Source: an uncultured delta proteobacterium (lineage in GTDB: Bacteria; Myxococcota; Myxococcia; Myxococcales; Myxococcaceae). Taken from it: 64,000 nucleotides of DNA. Shown in pieces: positions 29,461 to 38,843 of this stretch. The notes beneath the pieces are model-generated. The model saw only the letters and a program-made list of their open reading frames with translations. It was not told the DNA's origin and made no database searches. The stretch covers positions 416,001 through 480,000 of the forward strand of contig CAVZMH010000022.1 of NCBI GenBank assembly GCA_963776345.1, written 5' to 3'. Each line of letters starts with the position of its first letter. Position 1 is the first letter of the stretch. Position numbers and translations under genes: made by a program.

Positions 29461-30611
29461 CGGGCGAGTTCGCGCGGCCCGGCGCCACCGGAGCGGAGAG
29501 GCCGGGACGACGCTGGTCCTGGAAGATCGGCCGGCTCTTCGGCATCGACATCTTCGTTCACGCCACCTTCCTCCTGCTGCTTCTCTGGGTCGGGCTCACC
29601 CATCTCTTGCAGGGGGGAGTCCGCGCGGCGCTGGACGGTCTCGGCCTCATCCTGGCCGTGTTCGCCACCGTCGTGCTCCACGAGCTCAGCCACGCGCTGA
29701 CCGCGCGCCGGTTCGGGATCCGGACGCGAGACATCATCCTCCTGCCCATCGGTGGGGTCTCGAGCCTGGAGCGAATGCCCGAGAAGCCGGGTCAGGAGCT
29801 GCTGGTCGCGCTCGCCGGTCCGTTCACGAATCTGGTGGTCGCTCTTGCCCTCTTCGGCATCGTCCGCGCCACCGGCGGCCCGCTGGGCCTCGAGAGCCTG
29901 CAGGTGGTCGGTGGCCTGTTCCTCACCAAGCTGATGTGGATCAACGTCTCGCTGGCCGCCTTCAATCTTCTCCCGGCCTTTCCGATGGACGGCGGACGGG
30001 TCCTCCGAGCGGCCCTTGCGCTCAGGATGAGCCACGCCCGCGCGACGGAGGTGGCCGCCCGTCTCGGTCAGGCCATGGCGCTGGTGCTCGGAATGCTGGG
30101 ACTGTTCTTCAATCCAATACTCGTCCTGATCGCGCTCTTCGTCTGGATGGGCGGGCGGCAGGAGTCCTCGCTCGCCCAGCTGAGGGCGGCCCTCGCCGGT
30201 CTGCCCATCCGGAGCGCGATGATCACCGACTTCAGGGCCATCGGACGCCGGGAGCCTCTCTCCAGGGCCGTGGAGCTGACCCTCGCCGGCTTCCAGCACG
30301 ATTTCCCCGTGGTGGAGGACCATCGAGCGGTCGGAGTCCTGACTCGCGCCGATCTGGTTCGTGGCCTCTCCCAGGCCGGCAACGGCGCTCCGGTCGAGGA
30401 CTGGATGCACCGTGACTTCGGAACGGCCGAGCCCGGCGAGATGCTCGAGGCCGCGCTGAGCAGGTTCGGGGAGCACGAGCCCTCGACCATCGTCGTGGCG
30501 AGGGACGACGAGGTGCTCGGCATCATCACGCCGGAGAACATCAGCGAGCTGGTGCTCTTCGAGACCGCGGCCCGTCCGGATCGACGGGCGTCACCGGGGC
30601 CGGTCCACTGA
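29457..30611 (+). CDS. Site-2 protease (M50 zinc metalloprotease) with C-terminal CBS domains
   Basis: HELSH, ALAGP, FNLLPAFPMDGGR; ATGA overlap with the CBS gene. Confidence 0.92.
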   Translation: MTGEFARPGATGAERPGRRWSWKIGRLFGIDIFVHATFLLLLLWVGLTHLLQGGVRAALDGLGLILAVFATVVLHELSHALTARRFGIRTRDIILLPIGGVSSLERMPEKPGQELLVALAGPFTNLVVALALFGIVRATGGPLGLESLQVVGGLFLTKLMWINVSLAAFNLLPAFPMDGGRVLRAALALRMSHARATEVAARLGQAMALVLGMLGLFFNPILVLIALFVWMGGRQESSLAQLRAALAGLPIRSAMITDFRAIGRREPLSRAVELTLAGFQHDFPVVEDHRAVGVLTRADLVRGLSQAGNGAPVEDWMHRDFGTAEPGEMLEAALSRFGEHEPSTIVVARDDEVLGIITPENISELVLFETAARPDRRASPGPVH

Positions 30612-30654
30612 TCGGCGTCCCGCCCGAGGGGCGGGATCGGGAAGGAGCCCAGCC

Positions 30655-32511
30655 ATGAGACTGCAGACCGAGGCGTCGAGGTCGTTCTCCCAACCCGCCA
30701 CCACGGCCTCGGCCCGGACGATCCCGGAGCTGCTCCTGGCGAGGGTCGCCGCCACCCCCGAGGCGCTGGCGTTCCTGCACCCCAAGGGAGAGTCGTGGGC
30801 CTCCATGACCTGGAAGGAGGTCGGGGAGCAAGTGCGGGCGGTGGCGTGCGGGCTCCGCTCCCTCGGTCTGCAGATGGAGCAACGCTGCGCGCTGCTCTCC
30901 AGCACCCGCCTGGAGTGGATCGGGGCGGACCTGGGGACGCTCTGCGCAGGCGGCGCCACCACCACCATCTATCCATCCACCACCGCCGACGACTGCGCCT
31001 ACATCGTCAACGACTCGGGAGCGGTCTTCGTGTTCGCTGAGAACGACGACCAGGTCCAGAAGCTCTCCGCTCGCCGGAGCGACCTCCGGACGGTGAAGAA
31101 GGTGATCGTCATCGACGGGACGCCGAGCGGCGATGGGTGGGTGATCAGGATGGAGGACCTGATGGACCTGGGGCGGGAGGCCGATACCCGCGATCCGGCG
31201 GCGTTCGAGGCCACCGCGCGAAAGGTCCGGGCCACGGACCTGGCGACGCTGATTTACACCTCGGGCACCACCGGCCGGCCCAAGGGAGTGGAGCTGACGC
31301 ACGACGCGTGGATCTACGAGGCGGAGGCCATCGATGCGCTGGGGCTGCTCACCGCGGCCGACGTCCAGTACCTCTGGCTTCCCCTGGCGCACATCTTCGG
31401 CAAGGTGCTCGAGGTGGCGCAACTCCGGATCGGCTTCCTGACCGCGGTCGACGGACGGGTGGAGCGGCTGGTGGACAACCTCCCGAAGGTCCAGCCCACC
31501 TTCATCGCCGCCGTGCCCCGCATCTTTGAGAAGATCTACAACCGGGTGATCGGCACCGCCCGCGACGCGGGCGGGGTGACCTACGCCGTCTTCAAGTGGG
31601 CATTCGGCGTCGGAGCGCAGGTCTCCCGGCTGGTGCAGGCCGGCCGGAAGCCGTGGGGGCTGCTCGCGCTGAAGAACGCCCTCGCCACGCGGCTGGTGTT
31701 CTCCAGGCTACAGGCCCGGTTCGGCGGCCGGCTCCGGTTCTTCGTCTCGGGCAGCGCCCCCCTCTCCCGGACGGTGGCGGAGTTCTTCCACGCGGCCGGG
31801 GTGCTGATCCTCGAGGGCTACGGATTGACCGAGAGCAGCGCGGCGAGCTGCGTGAACGTCCCCGCACGGTACCGGTTCGGGGCCGTGGGCCCGCCCCTGC
31901 CCGGCACCGAGGTGAAGATCGCCGAGGACGGGGAGATCCTCATCCGGAGCCGGGGCGTGATGCGCGGCTACCACGGGCTGCCGGAGCAGACGGCGGAGAC
32001 CCTGGACCGCGACGGCTGGCTCCACACCGGGGACCTCGGGCAGCTCGCCGACGGCTTCCTCGAGGTGACTGGCCGGAAGAAGGATCTGCTCAAGACCTCC
32101 ACCGGCAAGTACATCGCTCCGTCGGAGCTGGAGCTGAAGCTGAAGGTCGCCTGTCCGCACGCGAGCCAGGTGCTGGTGCACGGGAACAACCGGCACTTCG
32201 TCTCCGCGCTGATCTCCCTCGACCCCGAATCGATCCAGGCCTGGGCCGGCGCCCACGGCCACGGGCAGCAGAGCTACCAGGACCTGGTGCGCTCGCCGGA
32301 GGTCTTCTCGCTGGTCGAGCAGTGCGTCACCGCGCTCAACGGCCAGCTGCCGAGCTTCGAGACCATCAAGCGCTTCGTCATCCTTCCCCAGGACCTGACG
32401 GTGGAGAGCGGAGACCTCACCCCGAGCCTGAAGCTGAAGCGCCAGCTGGTGGAGCGGAAGTACAGCGCGCTCCTCGACGAACTCTACAAGGACGCGCTGG
32501 CCCAGCTTTAG
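30655..32511 (+). CDS. fadD: Long-chain fatty acid--CoA ligase
   Basis: IYTSGTTGRPKG, EGYGLTE, GWLHTGDLG, GRKKD, LTPSLKLKR. Confidence 0.92.
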   Translation: MRLQTEASRSFSQPATTASARTIPELLLARVAATPEALAFLHPKGESWASMTWKEVGEQVRAVACGLRSLGLQMEQRCALLSSTRLEWIGADLGTLCAGGATTTIYPSTTADDCAYIVNDSGAVFVFAENDDQVQKLSARRSDLRTVKKVIVIDGTPSGDGWVIRMEDLMDLGREADTRDPAAFEATARKVRATDLATLIYTSGTTGRPKGVELTHDAWIYEAEAIDALGLLTAADVQYLWLPLAHIFGKVLEVAQLRIGFLTAVDGRVERLVDNLPKVQPTFIAAVPRIFEKIYNRVIGTARDAGGVTYAVFKWAFGVGAQVSRLVQAGRKPWGLLALKNALATRLVFSRLQARFGGRLRFFVSGSAPLSRTVAEFFHAAGVLILEGYGLTESSAASCVNVPARYRFGAVGPPLPGTEVKIAEDGEILIRSRGVMRGYHGLPEQTAETLDRDGWLHTGDLGQLADGFLEVTGRKKDLLKTSTGKYIAPSELELKLKVACPHASQVLVHGNNRHFVSALISLDPESIQAWAGAHGHGQQSYQDLVRSPEVFSLVEQCVTALNGQLPSFETIKRFVILPQDLTVESGDLTPSLKLKRQLVERKYSALLDELYKDALAQL

Positions 32512-32534
32512 GGCCGGCTCCCCTTGCGCCAGGG

Positions 32535-33011
32535 TCAGCGCTTTCGGGGGGCACTCCGCTGGCCGGACGTGCGCGGTTTCCGGCGGGCGCTGCCTGACCG
32601 TCGGGGCCCCCGAGGCGACGAGGCTGCCCCCCGCTTCGCCTTCGGCGCCGGCTTCCGGTTCCCGCCCTTCCGGTACCGCGGCTCGTACAGCTGGACCCGC
32701 AAACCGCCAGGGGCTTCGAAGTAGGTCACCAGTCCGTACCCGTGGTCGGCGACCGGGCCGGTGAAGCGTACGCCGCGCGATTCCAGGTCGGCGACCGTGC
32801 GGTGGATCTCGTCGCAATAGAAGGAGACGTCGTGCGTGCCCGCATCGTCGTCGTCCTCGACCGGGTGGACACCCAGATCGCCCTCGGGAAAGTCGAAGAT
32901 CCACCAGCCCTCGCCGATGTCGCTCCCCGGGAGGCGGACCCGGTCCCGGAAGAAGGCACGGGTCGCCTCCGGATCCGACGAGTAGAACAGTCCGTGGATG
33001 CCTCGGATCAT
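32535..33011 (-). CDS. VOC/glyoxalase family protein with a basic low-complexity tail
   Basis: RBS GAGGAGGG; HGLFYSSDPEATRAFFRD, VSFYCDEI, DHGYG, QLYEPRY. Confidence 0.82.
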   Translation of the reverse strand: MIRGIHGLFYSSDPEATRAFFRDRVRLPGSDIGEGWWIFDFPEGDLGVHPVEDDDDAGTHDVSFYCDEIHRTVADLESRGVRFTGPVADHGYGLVTYFEAPGGLRVQLYEPRYRKGGNRKPAPKAKRGAASSPRGPRRSGSARRKPRTSGQRSAPRKR

Positions 33012-33077
33012 GCGTGCCCTCCTCATCGAACCGGCCCTCGATTCGAGCGGAAGCCTTGGCGCTTCGCAAGGACCCGG

Positions 33078-33671
33078 CTACGCCGGATGTCGTTCCTCCA
33101 GGTCCGCGGCCAAGGAGCGGCGCACGTCGTCGCTCAGCGGCGCCCGGTGGGAATAGCTCGGGTGGTCCGCCACCAGCGCCGCGGGCTGGGCGAGGTCGGC
33201 CAGGGCGCGGGCGGCGTCGCCCACCGGGAAGCGCAGGTACTGGACCGCGGAGATGCTGCGCCCGTCGTCGCGGCCCTCCTCGAAGAACCGGGCAGGTATG
33301 CGCCTGGAGCCCAGCTCCAGCCGGAGGTGGCGGGAGAGGCCGGTCAGCCGCTGGAGCTCTGCGGCGACGACCTCCTCGGCTCCCCGGAGCTCGATCATCA
33401 TTGTGGCCGACAGCTCGCCGGACCCCGGCACCAGGTCGTTGAAGCCCACGAGCTCCTCGGCGATCCCCTCAGGGGAGGAGATTCGCTCGGCGCGGAGGAT
33501 CTCCTGGACCTGGAACTTCACGGTCAGCCGATTCTCGAAGATCAGCGTCATCACCGGCCCCAGCGCCACGCGGCGGTGCTGCTTGGCGGCGATGACCTCG
33601 CGCCGGAACTCGTCGCGCACGCGCTCGTAGACTGGCAGTGGCCAGAGGTCCTTCTCGGTGAGCGGAATCAT
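33078..33671 (-). CDS. DUF3501 family protein
   Basis: YERVRDEFR, RRVALGP, FENRLTVKFQVQEILRAE, SAVQYLRF; follows rubrerythrin and the Fe-S oxidoreductase. Confidence 0.88.
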   Translation of the reverse strand: MIPLTEKDLWPLPVYERVRDEFRREVIAAKQHRRVALGPVMTLIFENRLTVKFQVQEILRAERISSPEGIAEELVGFNDLVPGSGELSATMMIELRGAEEVVAAELQRLTGLSRHLRLELGSRRIPARFFEEGRDDGRSISAVQYLRFPVGDAARALADLAQPAALVADHPSYSHRAPLSDDVRRSLAADLEERHPA

Positions 33672-35125
33672 GGCAGCTCTTTTCCGGGCTCCGTCCCGGG
33701 TGCCGCCGGAGTAGGGACCGTCCCGTCCCCGAAGTAGGCCCAGTGCAGCAGGCGCACCGGGTGGAACGAGCGCCGCCCCGTCTTCTGGGTGAGCTGCAGC
33801 CCTGCCAGCGGGCAGTCGCTGGAGACGGCATCGGGCTCGGCGGCGTCCACCGCCCGGGCGGCCTTCTCGGCGACCTTGAGCGACTCCTCGAAGAACTCGG
33901 TCTTCATCCCCCAGGTGCCGTCCATCCCGCAGCAGCGGTCCACCAGGGTGACGTCCGCGCCCGCCCATTTCAGCAAGTCTCGCCCGCGGTAACCGAAGTT
34001 CTGGACCCGGTTGTGGCAGGCGACGTGGAAGGCCACCTTGCCCATCGGGGCCTTGAAGTCGTGGGGCAGCTTCTTCGCCCTGGCCTGCTGGAGGAGGAAG
34101 TCGCTGAGGTCCATCACCGCCGCGGCGAGCGCCTTCGACTCGGGGCCCGGCACCAGCTCGGGGTATTCGGTCTTGAGGAGGAGGGTGCAGCTCGGCCCGG
34201 GGGAGACGATGGTCTTCCCCGCCCGCACCGCCGGGCCGAGCAGGGCGAGGTTCTCGCGCGCCAGGGCCCGGGCGCCCTCCAGGTCCCCGCCGTCGAGCTT
34301 GGGCATCCCGCAGCAGACCTGCCGTGGGCAGTCCACCTTGCAGCCGGCGTGCTCCAGGACCTCCACCGCCTCCTGGCCGATCTCCGGGTCGTTGTAGTTG
34401 ACGAAGCAGGTGGCGAAGAGCGCCACGTCGGCGGTGGGTTCGGCCGGCGGCGCCGGTCGCTCCCGGCGGGCCCACCAGTCGAGGAAGCTCCTCCGGGCGT
34501 AGTCGGGGAGCTGCCGGTCCTGGTGCACGCCGATGGTGTGATGCATCAGGAAGCGGTTGAAGCCGTTGTGGGCCGCGGCATTCGCCAGCGGCGCCACGTG
34601 GGTCATCAGCTTGCCCACCGTGTCGGTGGCTCCGAGGAAGCGCTCCCGGAGCCCGATCCCCTTCTCCTCGACCTCCACCATCTTGGCCCGGGCCATCAGC
34701 CGCGGGAAATCCACTGCGAACTCGTGCGGCGGGACGTAGGGGCACTTCGGGAAGCAGAGCTTGCACTGGTAGCAGAGGTCGACCACCTTCCGGTAGTCGG
34801 CGGCGTCGAGCCGGTCGACCGGGTTCTCGGTGCCGACCTGCACGTGCTTCAGCTTCTCCGCCGCCTCGTGCTCCTCGATCATCGGAGCGTCACCGAGGTG
34901 CTTGCCCTCCGCCTCCTCGCGCTGAGGGTCCTTCGCGTCGATGGTCTCGATCATCACTGCGAAGGACGGACAGAGGTTGAAGCAGAGCCGGCAGCCGTTG
35001 CAGATCTCGAAGACCCGGTGGAGCTCCTCCTGAAGGTGGCCCCGCGCGAAGAAGCGGGGGTTGTCGTACCGCAGGGCATGCGGGTCGGACCCCTCCGGAG
35101 GCGCGCCGTCCGCCGTGGGCTTCAT
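33668..35125 (-). CDS. Fe-S oxidoreductase (GlpC/HdrD-like, two 4Fe-4S motifs plus CCG domains)
   Basis: [42 protein letters not shown]. Confidence 0.9.
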   Translation of the reverse strand: MKPTADGAPPEGSDPHALRYDNPRFFARGHLQEELHRVFEICNGCRLCFNLCPSFAVMIETIDAKDPQREEAEGKHLGDAPMIEEHEAAEKLKHVQVGTENPVDRLDAADYRKVVDLCYQCKLCFPKCPYVPPHEFAVDFPRLMARAKMVEVEEKGIGLRERFLGATDTVGKLMTHVAPLANAAAHNGFNRFLMHHTIGVHQDRQLPDYARRSFLDWWARRERPAPPAEPTADVALFATCFVNYNDPEIGQEAVEVLEHAGCKVDCPRQVCCGMPKLDGGDLEGARALARENLALLGPAVRAGKTIVSPGPSCTLLLKTEYPELVPGPESKALAAAVMDLSDFLLQQARAKKLPHDFKAPMGKVAFHVACHNRVQNFGYRGRDLLKWAGADVTLVDRCCGMDGTWGMKTEFFEESLKVAEKAARAVDAAEPDAVSSDCPLAGLQLTQKTGRRSFHPVRLLHWAYFGDGTVPTPAAPGTEPGKELP

Positions 35126-35140
35126 CGCCGGCTCCTCTGG

Positions 35141-35569
35141 TCAGCCGTCGGCCTGGATCTGCTGCAGCCCCTTGGCGAAGCGCCCGGCGTGGGACTTCTC
35201 CGCCTTGGCCAGGGTCTCGAACCACTCGGCGATCTCCGCGAAGCCCTCCTCGCGAGCCTGGCGGGCGAAGCCGGGATACATCTGGGTGTACTCGTAGGTC
35301 TCGCCGGCCACCGCGGCCTTGAGGTTCTTCCCGGTGTCGCCGATGGGTTCGCCGGTCGCCGGGTCCCCGACCTCCTTCAGGAAGTCCAGGTGGCCGTGGG
35401 CGTGGCCGGTCTCGCCCTCGGCGGTGTCACGGAAGAGCCCGGCGATGTCTGGACGCCCTTCCACGTCCGCGTCCTTGGCGAAGTAGAGGTAGCGGCGGTT
35501 GGCCTGGCTCTCGCCGGCGAAGGCGGCCTTCAGATTCTCGTGCGTCTTGCTTCCCTTGAGCGCGGGCAT
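35141..35569 (-). CDS. rbr: Rubrerythrin (short form, no rubredoxin domain)
   Basis: [46 protein letters not shown]. Confidence 0.93.
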   Translation of the reverse strand: MPALKGSKTHENLKAAFAGESQANRRYLYFAKDADVEGRPDIAGLFRDTAEGETGHAHGHLDFLKEVGDPATGEPIGDTGKNLKAAVAGETYEYTQMYPGFARQAREEGFAEIAEWFETLAKAEKSHAGRFAKGLQQIQADG

Positions 35570-35776
35570 CGATGTCCTCCTGGATGGATCTGGTCCTGAG
35601 AGTGGAACGTGATTCTCCGGCGCGTGCGGAGGTCAACTGGATTGGCCCGGCAAACGGTCACACCGACCGAGCGGTGGCTGCACCGCCCGGTGGTTGAATC
35701 GAAAGCCGAGTTCGCGCTGGAGCTCTCTGCTTCGAGAGCTGCGCTGCCGCTCATGCCTCGCCAGGTGCAGGCCGGC

Positions 35777-36001
35777 CTATCTGGCCTGCTTCCGGACCGG
35801 CTTGGGCGAGAGGTGCTTGGCCAGCTGCTGCGCCTTGATGGCCAGCTCCTCCGCGCTCTCGGCCATCTTCTCCGCGGTCTCCTGCAGCTTGTACCCGGCC
35901 CGGGCCACGGCCAGATGCAGCTTGTCGGTGGCCTTGATGTTGAGCGCCTTGGCCTTCGCAGCCACCACGTCGATCCTCTTGTTGATGTCCCTCGTCTTCA
36001 T
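35777..36001 (-). CDS. Small basic helical hypothetical protein (74 aa)
   Basis: RBS GGAGGG before the ATG; strong GC3 codon bias; Lys/Ala-rich amphipathic pattern. Confidence 0.65.
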   Translation of the reverse strand: MKTRDINKRIDVVAAKAKALNIKATDKLHLAVARAGYKLQETAEKMAESAEELAIKAQQLAKHLSPKPVRKQAR

Positions 36002-36039
36002 TGCATCCCTCCGCCGTCGTCCTGGTCGCACGGAGGGCG

Positions 36040-36055
36040 TGCATCGGCCATGCCC
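36040..36055 (-). promoter_or_regulatory. Possible sigma54 promoter
   Basis: GGGCATGGCCGATGCA (GG-N10-GC) upstream of the 74-aa gene. Confidence 0.35.
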
Positions 36056-36279
36056 TGGAGAGCGAGACGCCCCAAGCCACGAGGTCCCTTGGGACAAGCG
36101 CGACGGGTCACGGGCGGCGTGCTCGACCGACGCGCAAACGGTGCGGCCGAGGTAGGGGAGTGGGGCAATCGGCCCGCTCGACAGTGAGGCGGGCACCTCT
36201 CGCGCGCTGACGCAGCAGTTCCAACACTCGGCGCGAGCTCCGTCGAATTCCCCCCGCCGCACCCGATGGCCAGAAGCGC

Positions 36280-36432
36280 GACTGCTCCAACTGCGATGCG
36301 GCCTGCACCATCTGGAAGAACTGCGGGACGTGGAACTACGACGCGTGCATGACCGACTGCAAGGCGGCCGGCGACCGGAGCGACGCGTACCTCAACTGCC
36401 TGAAGGCAGCGAGCTGCGAGTCGCTGGATTCG
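36280..36432 (+). pseudogene. Cys-rich domain remnant
   Basis: DCSNCDAACTIWKNCGTWNYDACMTDCKAAGDRSDAYLNCLKAASCES has 8 Cys; in-frame stop at 36208 and no start before the Cys cluster. Confidence 0.4.
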
Positions 36433-36555
36433 GAGCCCGGAGGCCGGACCCTGATCTTGAGATCCAGGCGCGTCCACCGCCCGGGCGGCCTCTCGCGCAA
36501 CCCTCTCCTGGAGGATCGCTGGACACGCAAGCCTTGCGAGGCGGCGACGGAGGGC

Positions 36556-37110
36556 TCAATCACCGAACTCGCTCACCCGGTCGCTCGGCCGGAGCGCGGA
36601 GACGTACTGGTGCGGCCCGTGCTCGCCGAGCGCGTAGCGATACTCGGCGCGGCGCTCCTCGGTGGCGAAGAAGCTGAGGAGCGAACGCGGAATCGCCCTC
36701 ATGGTGGGAAGCTGCTCCACCGGAAACGCCGCCGTTCCTACCGACTATTCACGTACCGGAACTCCTGCCCGACGTGCACGAACGGTCCCCACGGCGCCGC
36801 GGTAGCAAAGGACGAGACACCCGGCCGCAGCGGCTCTGCACCAGGTACGCCGTGGAGAAGATGAACATCGCATCGACGGTCTGCGAGATGCGAACGCAGG
36901 CGTGGCTCTCCAGACCGAGCCTGGTCGCCATCGTGGCCACTGTCTCCGCGTCGGCATCGCTGTACCCGCGCACGTTCCGAGCACGTGGGCCACCCTCGCG
37001 TCACGCTCCAGAGGCGCCGTCAGGCGGGCGGCGGCGAGAGCCTCGACGAGCTGCGGGTACACCGGGAAGGGAGGGAGACAGGTCCCGCCAGCGATTCGCT
37101 CGAGGGTCAT
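36556..37110 (-). pseudogene. Degraded lipase class 3-like gene (frameshifts plus internal deletion)
   Basis: Pieces in different frames: PPFPVYPQLVEAL...VAHVLGTCAG / YSDADAETVATM...VDAMFIFSTAYLVQSRCGRV / LCYRG / WGPFVHVGQEFRY / GPHQYVSAL; no GxSxG segment. Confidence 0.5.
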
Positions 37111-37187
37111 CGGCCGACGCCGCCATCCTAGGGCGGAGGACCTGCGCCGGGGCGCTCGAGGGGAGCCTCGCGCCGGGTCCGGTCCGC

Positions 37188-37298
37188 CCGAAGGCCCCTT
37201 CTTCCGGGGGCTTGAGTCCGTCTGCCAGCTTTTGACCCGATCTTGCGCATTAGGAGGGGCCGCCGGGCTGTCGCCGCCTGCCGGTCCGGCTCGCCTCG
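37188..37298 (+). promoter_or_regulatory. Conserved non-coding upstream element, copy 2 (paralog at 5112-5220)
   Basis: See copy 1; AAGGCCCCTTCTTCCGGGGGCTTGA...CTGCCAGCTTT...TCTTGCGCA...GCCGGTCCGGCTCGCCTCG. Confidence 0.7.
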
Positions 37299-37326
37299 CA
37301 CAGACACACGCTCAAGGAGGGGCTCA

Positions 37327-37677
37327 ATGAATCGAACGACGCTCGCGGTCCTGTTTCTGCTGTCTGCCGGCTGCTACCACGCATCCATCGAGACCGGGAT
37401 GAAGCCGGGAAGCGAGCGGATCGAGAAGGAATGGGCCGCCTCCTTCGCCTGGGGCCTCGTTCCGCCGGACACGATCGAGGCAAAGAGCAAGTGCACCAGC
37501 GGCGTGTCCAAGGTCGAGACGCAGCATTCCTTCCTCAACGGACTGGTCGGCTCGGTGACCCTCGGCATCTACACCCCGATGGACCTCACCGTGACCTGCG
37601 CGGCCGCAGGGAGCGCGAGCCTCCCGCCGTCGGAGACCGGCGCCGCGGCGAACGCCGGCGTCGCCAGCTTGCCCTAG
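37327..37677 (+). CDS. Bor/Iss family lipoprotein
   Basis: RBS AAGGAGG; LSAGC lipobox; F.WGLV, C..GVSKVETQHSFLNGLVG.VTLGIYTP...VTC. Confidence 0.88.
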   Translation: MNRTTLAVLFLLSAGCYHASIETGMKPGSERIEKEWAASFAWGLVPPDTIEAKSKCTSGVSKVETQHSFLNGLVGSVTLGIYTPMDLTVTCAAAGSASLPPSETGAAANAGVASLP

Positions 37678-38843
37678 TCGCGGCTGCCCCTCGGGGGTCG
37701 CCGTCGCCGCCCGGCGCGTTCCACTGCTTCGGGCAACAGTCCCGCCAGACGGGCCTCGTCGAGCAGGGCCTCGTCCACCGAGGGCCCGTCGGGGAGCACC
37801 TGCCTGGCGTGGGCGCGGAGCAGCGCGGCGAGCGCGACGTCCTCGCACAGGCGCCGCGCCGTCCCCGCGTCCAGCCCCGACGCGGCCCAGAGCTCGGCGC
37901 GCCGGGCCTTGGGGACACCGTGGGCGCGCAGCCAGGCACGTTCGACGGCGGCGATCTCCCCCTCGGTGGCGCGCAGCCCGAGCCCTCGTGCCCACCCGGC
38001 GAGGAGCGCCCGGTCGAGCCCGCGCTCGAGGAGCGAGGGCGCATCTCGGTGCGCCCGGAGCACCGCGAGGACATCGGTGCCGCGCACCGGCCCGTGCCGG
38101 CCCGCGAACGATGGTTCGACCAGGCGCTGCCGACGTGCCGCGGCCGATGGGTGGGACGTCCGTGGCTTCCCTGGCCCGCGCACGGCGAGCGCCTTCAGGA
38201 GGCAGGCCCGCGCGTCCCGGGCCTTGACGTCCTCGCCCGCCTTCCCGAGGAACCGCTCGACGTCGGCCCAGCGCCTCCGCAGTCGCCCGGGCACTGCGCG
38301 CTGGAGGGCGGGCCACGTTCGGTCGGTGAAGTGGATCCCCGACGCGGCGCGCATCAGCGCGCGCGCCTCGGCCGGACGAAGCACCCTGGCCCGGACGGCG
38401 GCCTCGGCGCGGTCGCGCACCGTCACCAGCGGAACCGTGAACCCGCGCCATCCGTGCTCGGCGCCGGCGTGAAGCAGCGCCACGTCGGCGTCGTCGCGCA
38501 CCTGGCCGTCGCGCACCCAGGCGTGGACGCGGCCGACGCCGCGCATTCCCTCCGAGGCGAGCTCGGCTGCGCGCAGGGCCCCCATGCTCGCCGCCCCGAA
38601 CACCCGCACCCCCGCATCCAGCGCGGCGCGCAGCTCGTGGTGCCACACCGATGGTGAGGCCTCGAACACCCCATCCACCAGGGCGATGGCCCGCGGCAAA
38701 ACGGTGAGCGCGCGCCAGATGTCGCCCCGGCGTGCCGGAGGCCAGAGCTCGAGCTCGCCGAGCGCCCGGGCTTCCGGGGCGGGCAACGAGGGGCCGAGAA
38801 AGGCGATCACCGGTCCGGCGCGGTGCTGACTCCGGCCGCTCAC
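37674..38843 (-). CDS. tfuA: TfuA-like protein with a C-terminal extension
   Basis: FLGPSL, PPARRGD, LVDGVF...SVWHHEL, GAASMGALRAAEL, DDADVALLH; GTGA overlap with the ycaO stop. Confidence 0.92.
   Translation of the reverse strand: MSGRSQHRAGPVIAFLGPSLPAPEARALGELELWPPARRGDIWRALTVLPRAIALVDGVFEASPSVWHHELRAALDAGVRVFGAASMGALRAAELASEGMRGVGRVHAWVRDGQVRDDADVALLHAGAEHGWRGFTVPLVTVRDRAEAAVRARVLRPAEARALMRAASGIHFTDRTWPALQRAVPGRLRRRWADVERFLGKAGEDVKARDARACLLKALAVRGPGKPRTSHPSAAARRQRLVEPSFAGRHGPVRGTDVLAVLRAHRDAPSLLERGLDRALLAGWARGLGLRATEGEIAAVERAWLRAHGVPKARRAELWAASGLDAGTARRLCEDVALAALLRAHARQVLPDGPSVDEALLDEARLAGLLPEAVERAGRRRRPPRGSRD

Noticed and set aside
36200..36310. Minus-strand AVGAVALLAIGCGGGNS lipoprotein-like signal
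   Set aside because: No suitable start or RBS, and it overlaps the Cys-rich plus-strand fragment; could be chance.
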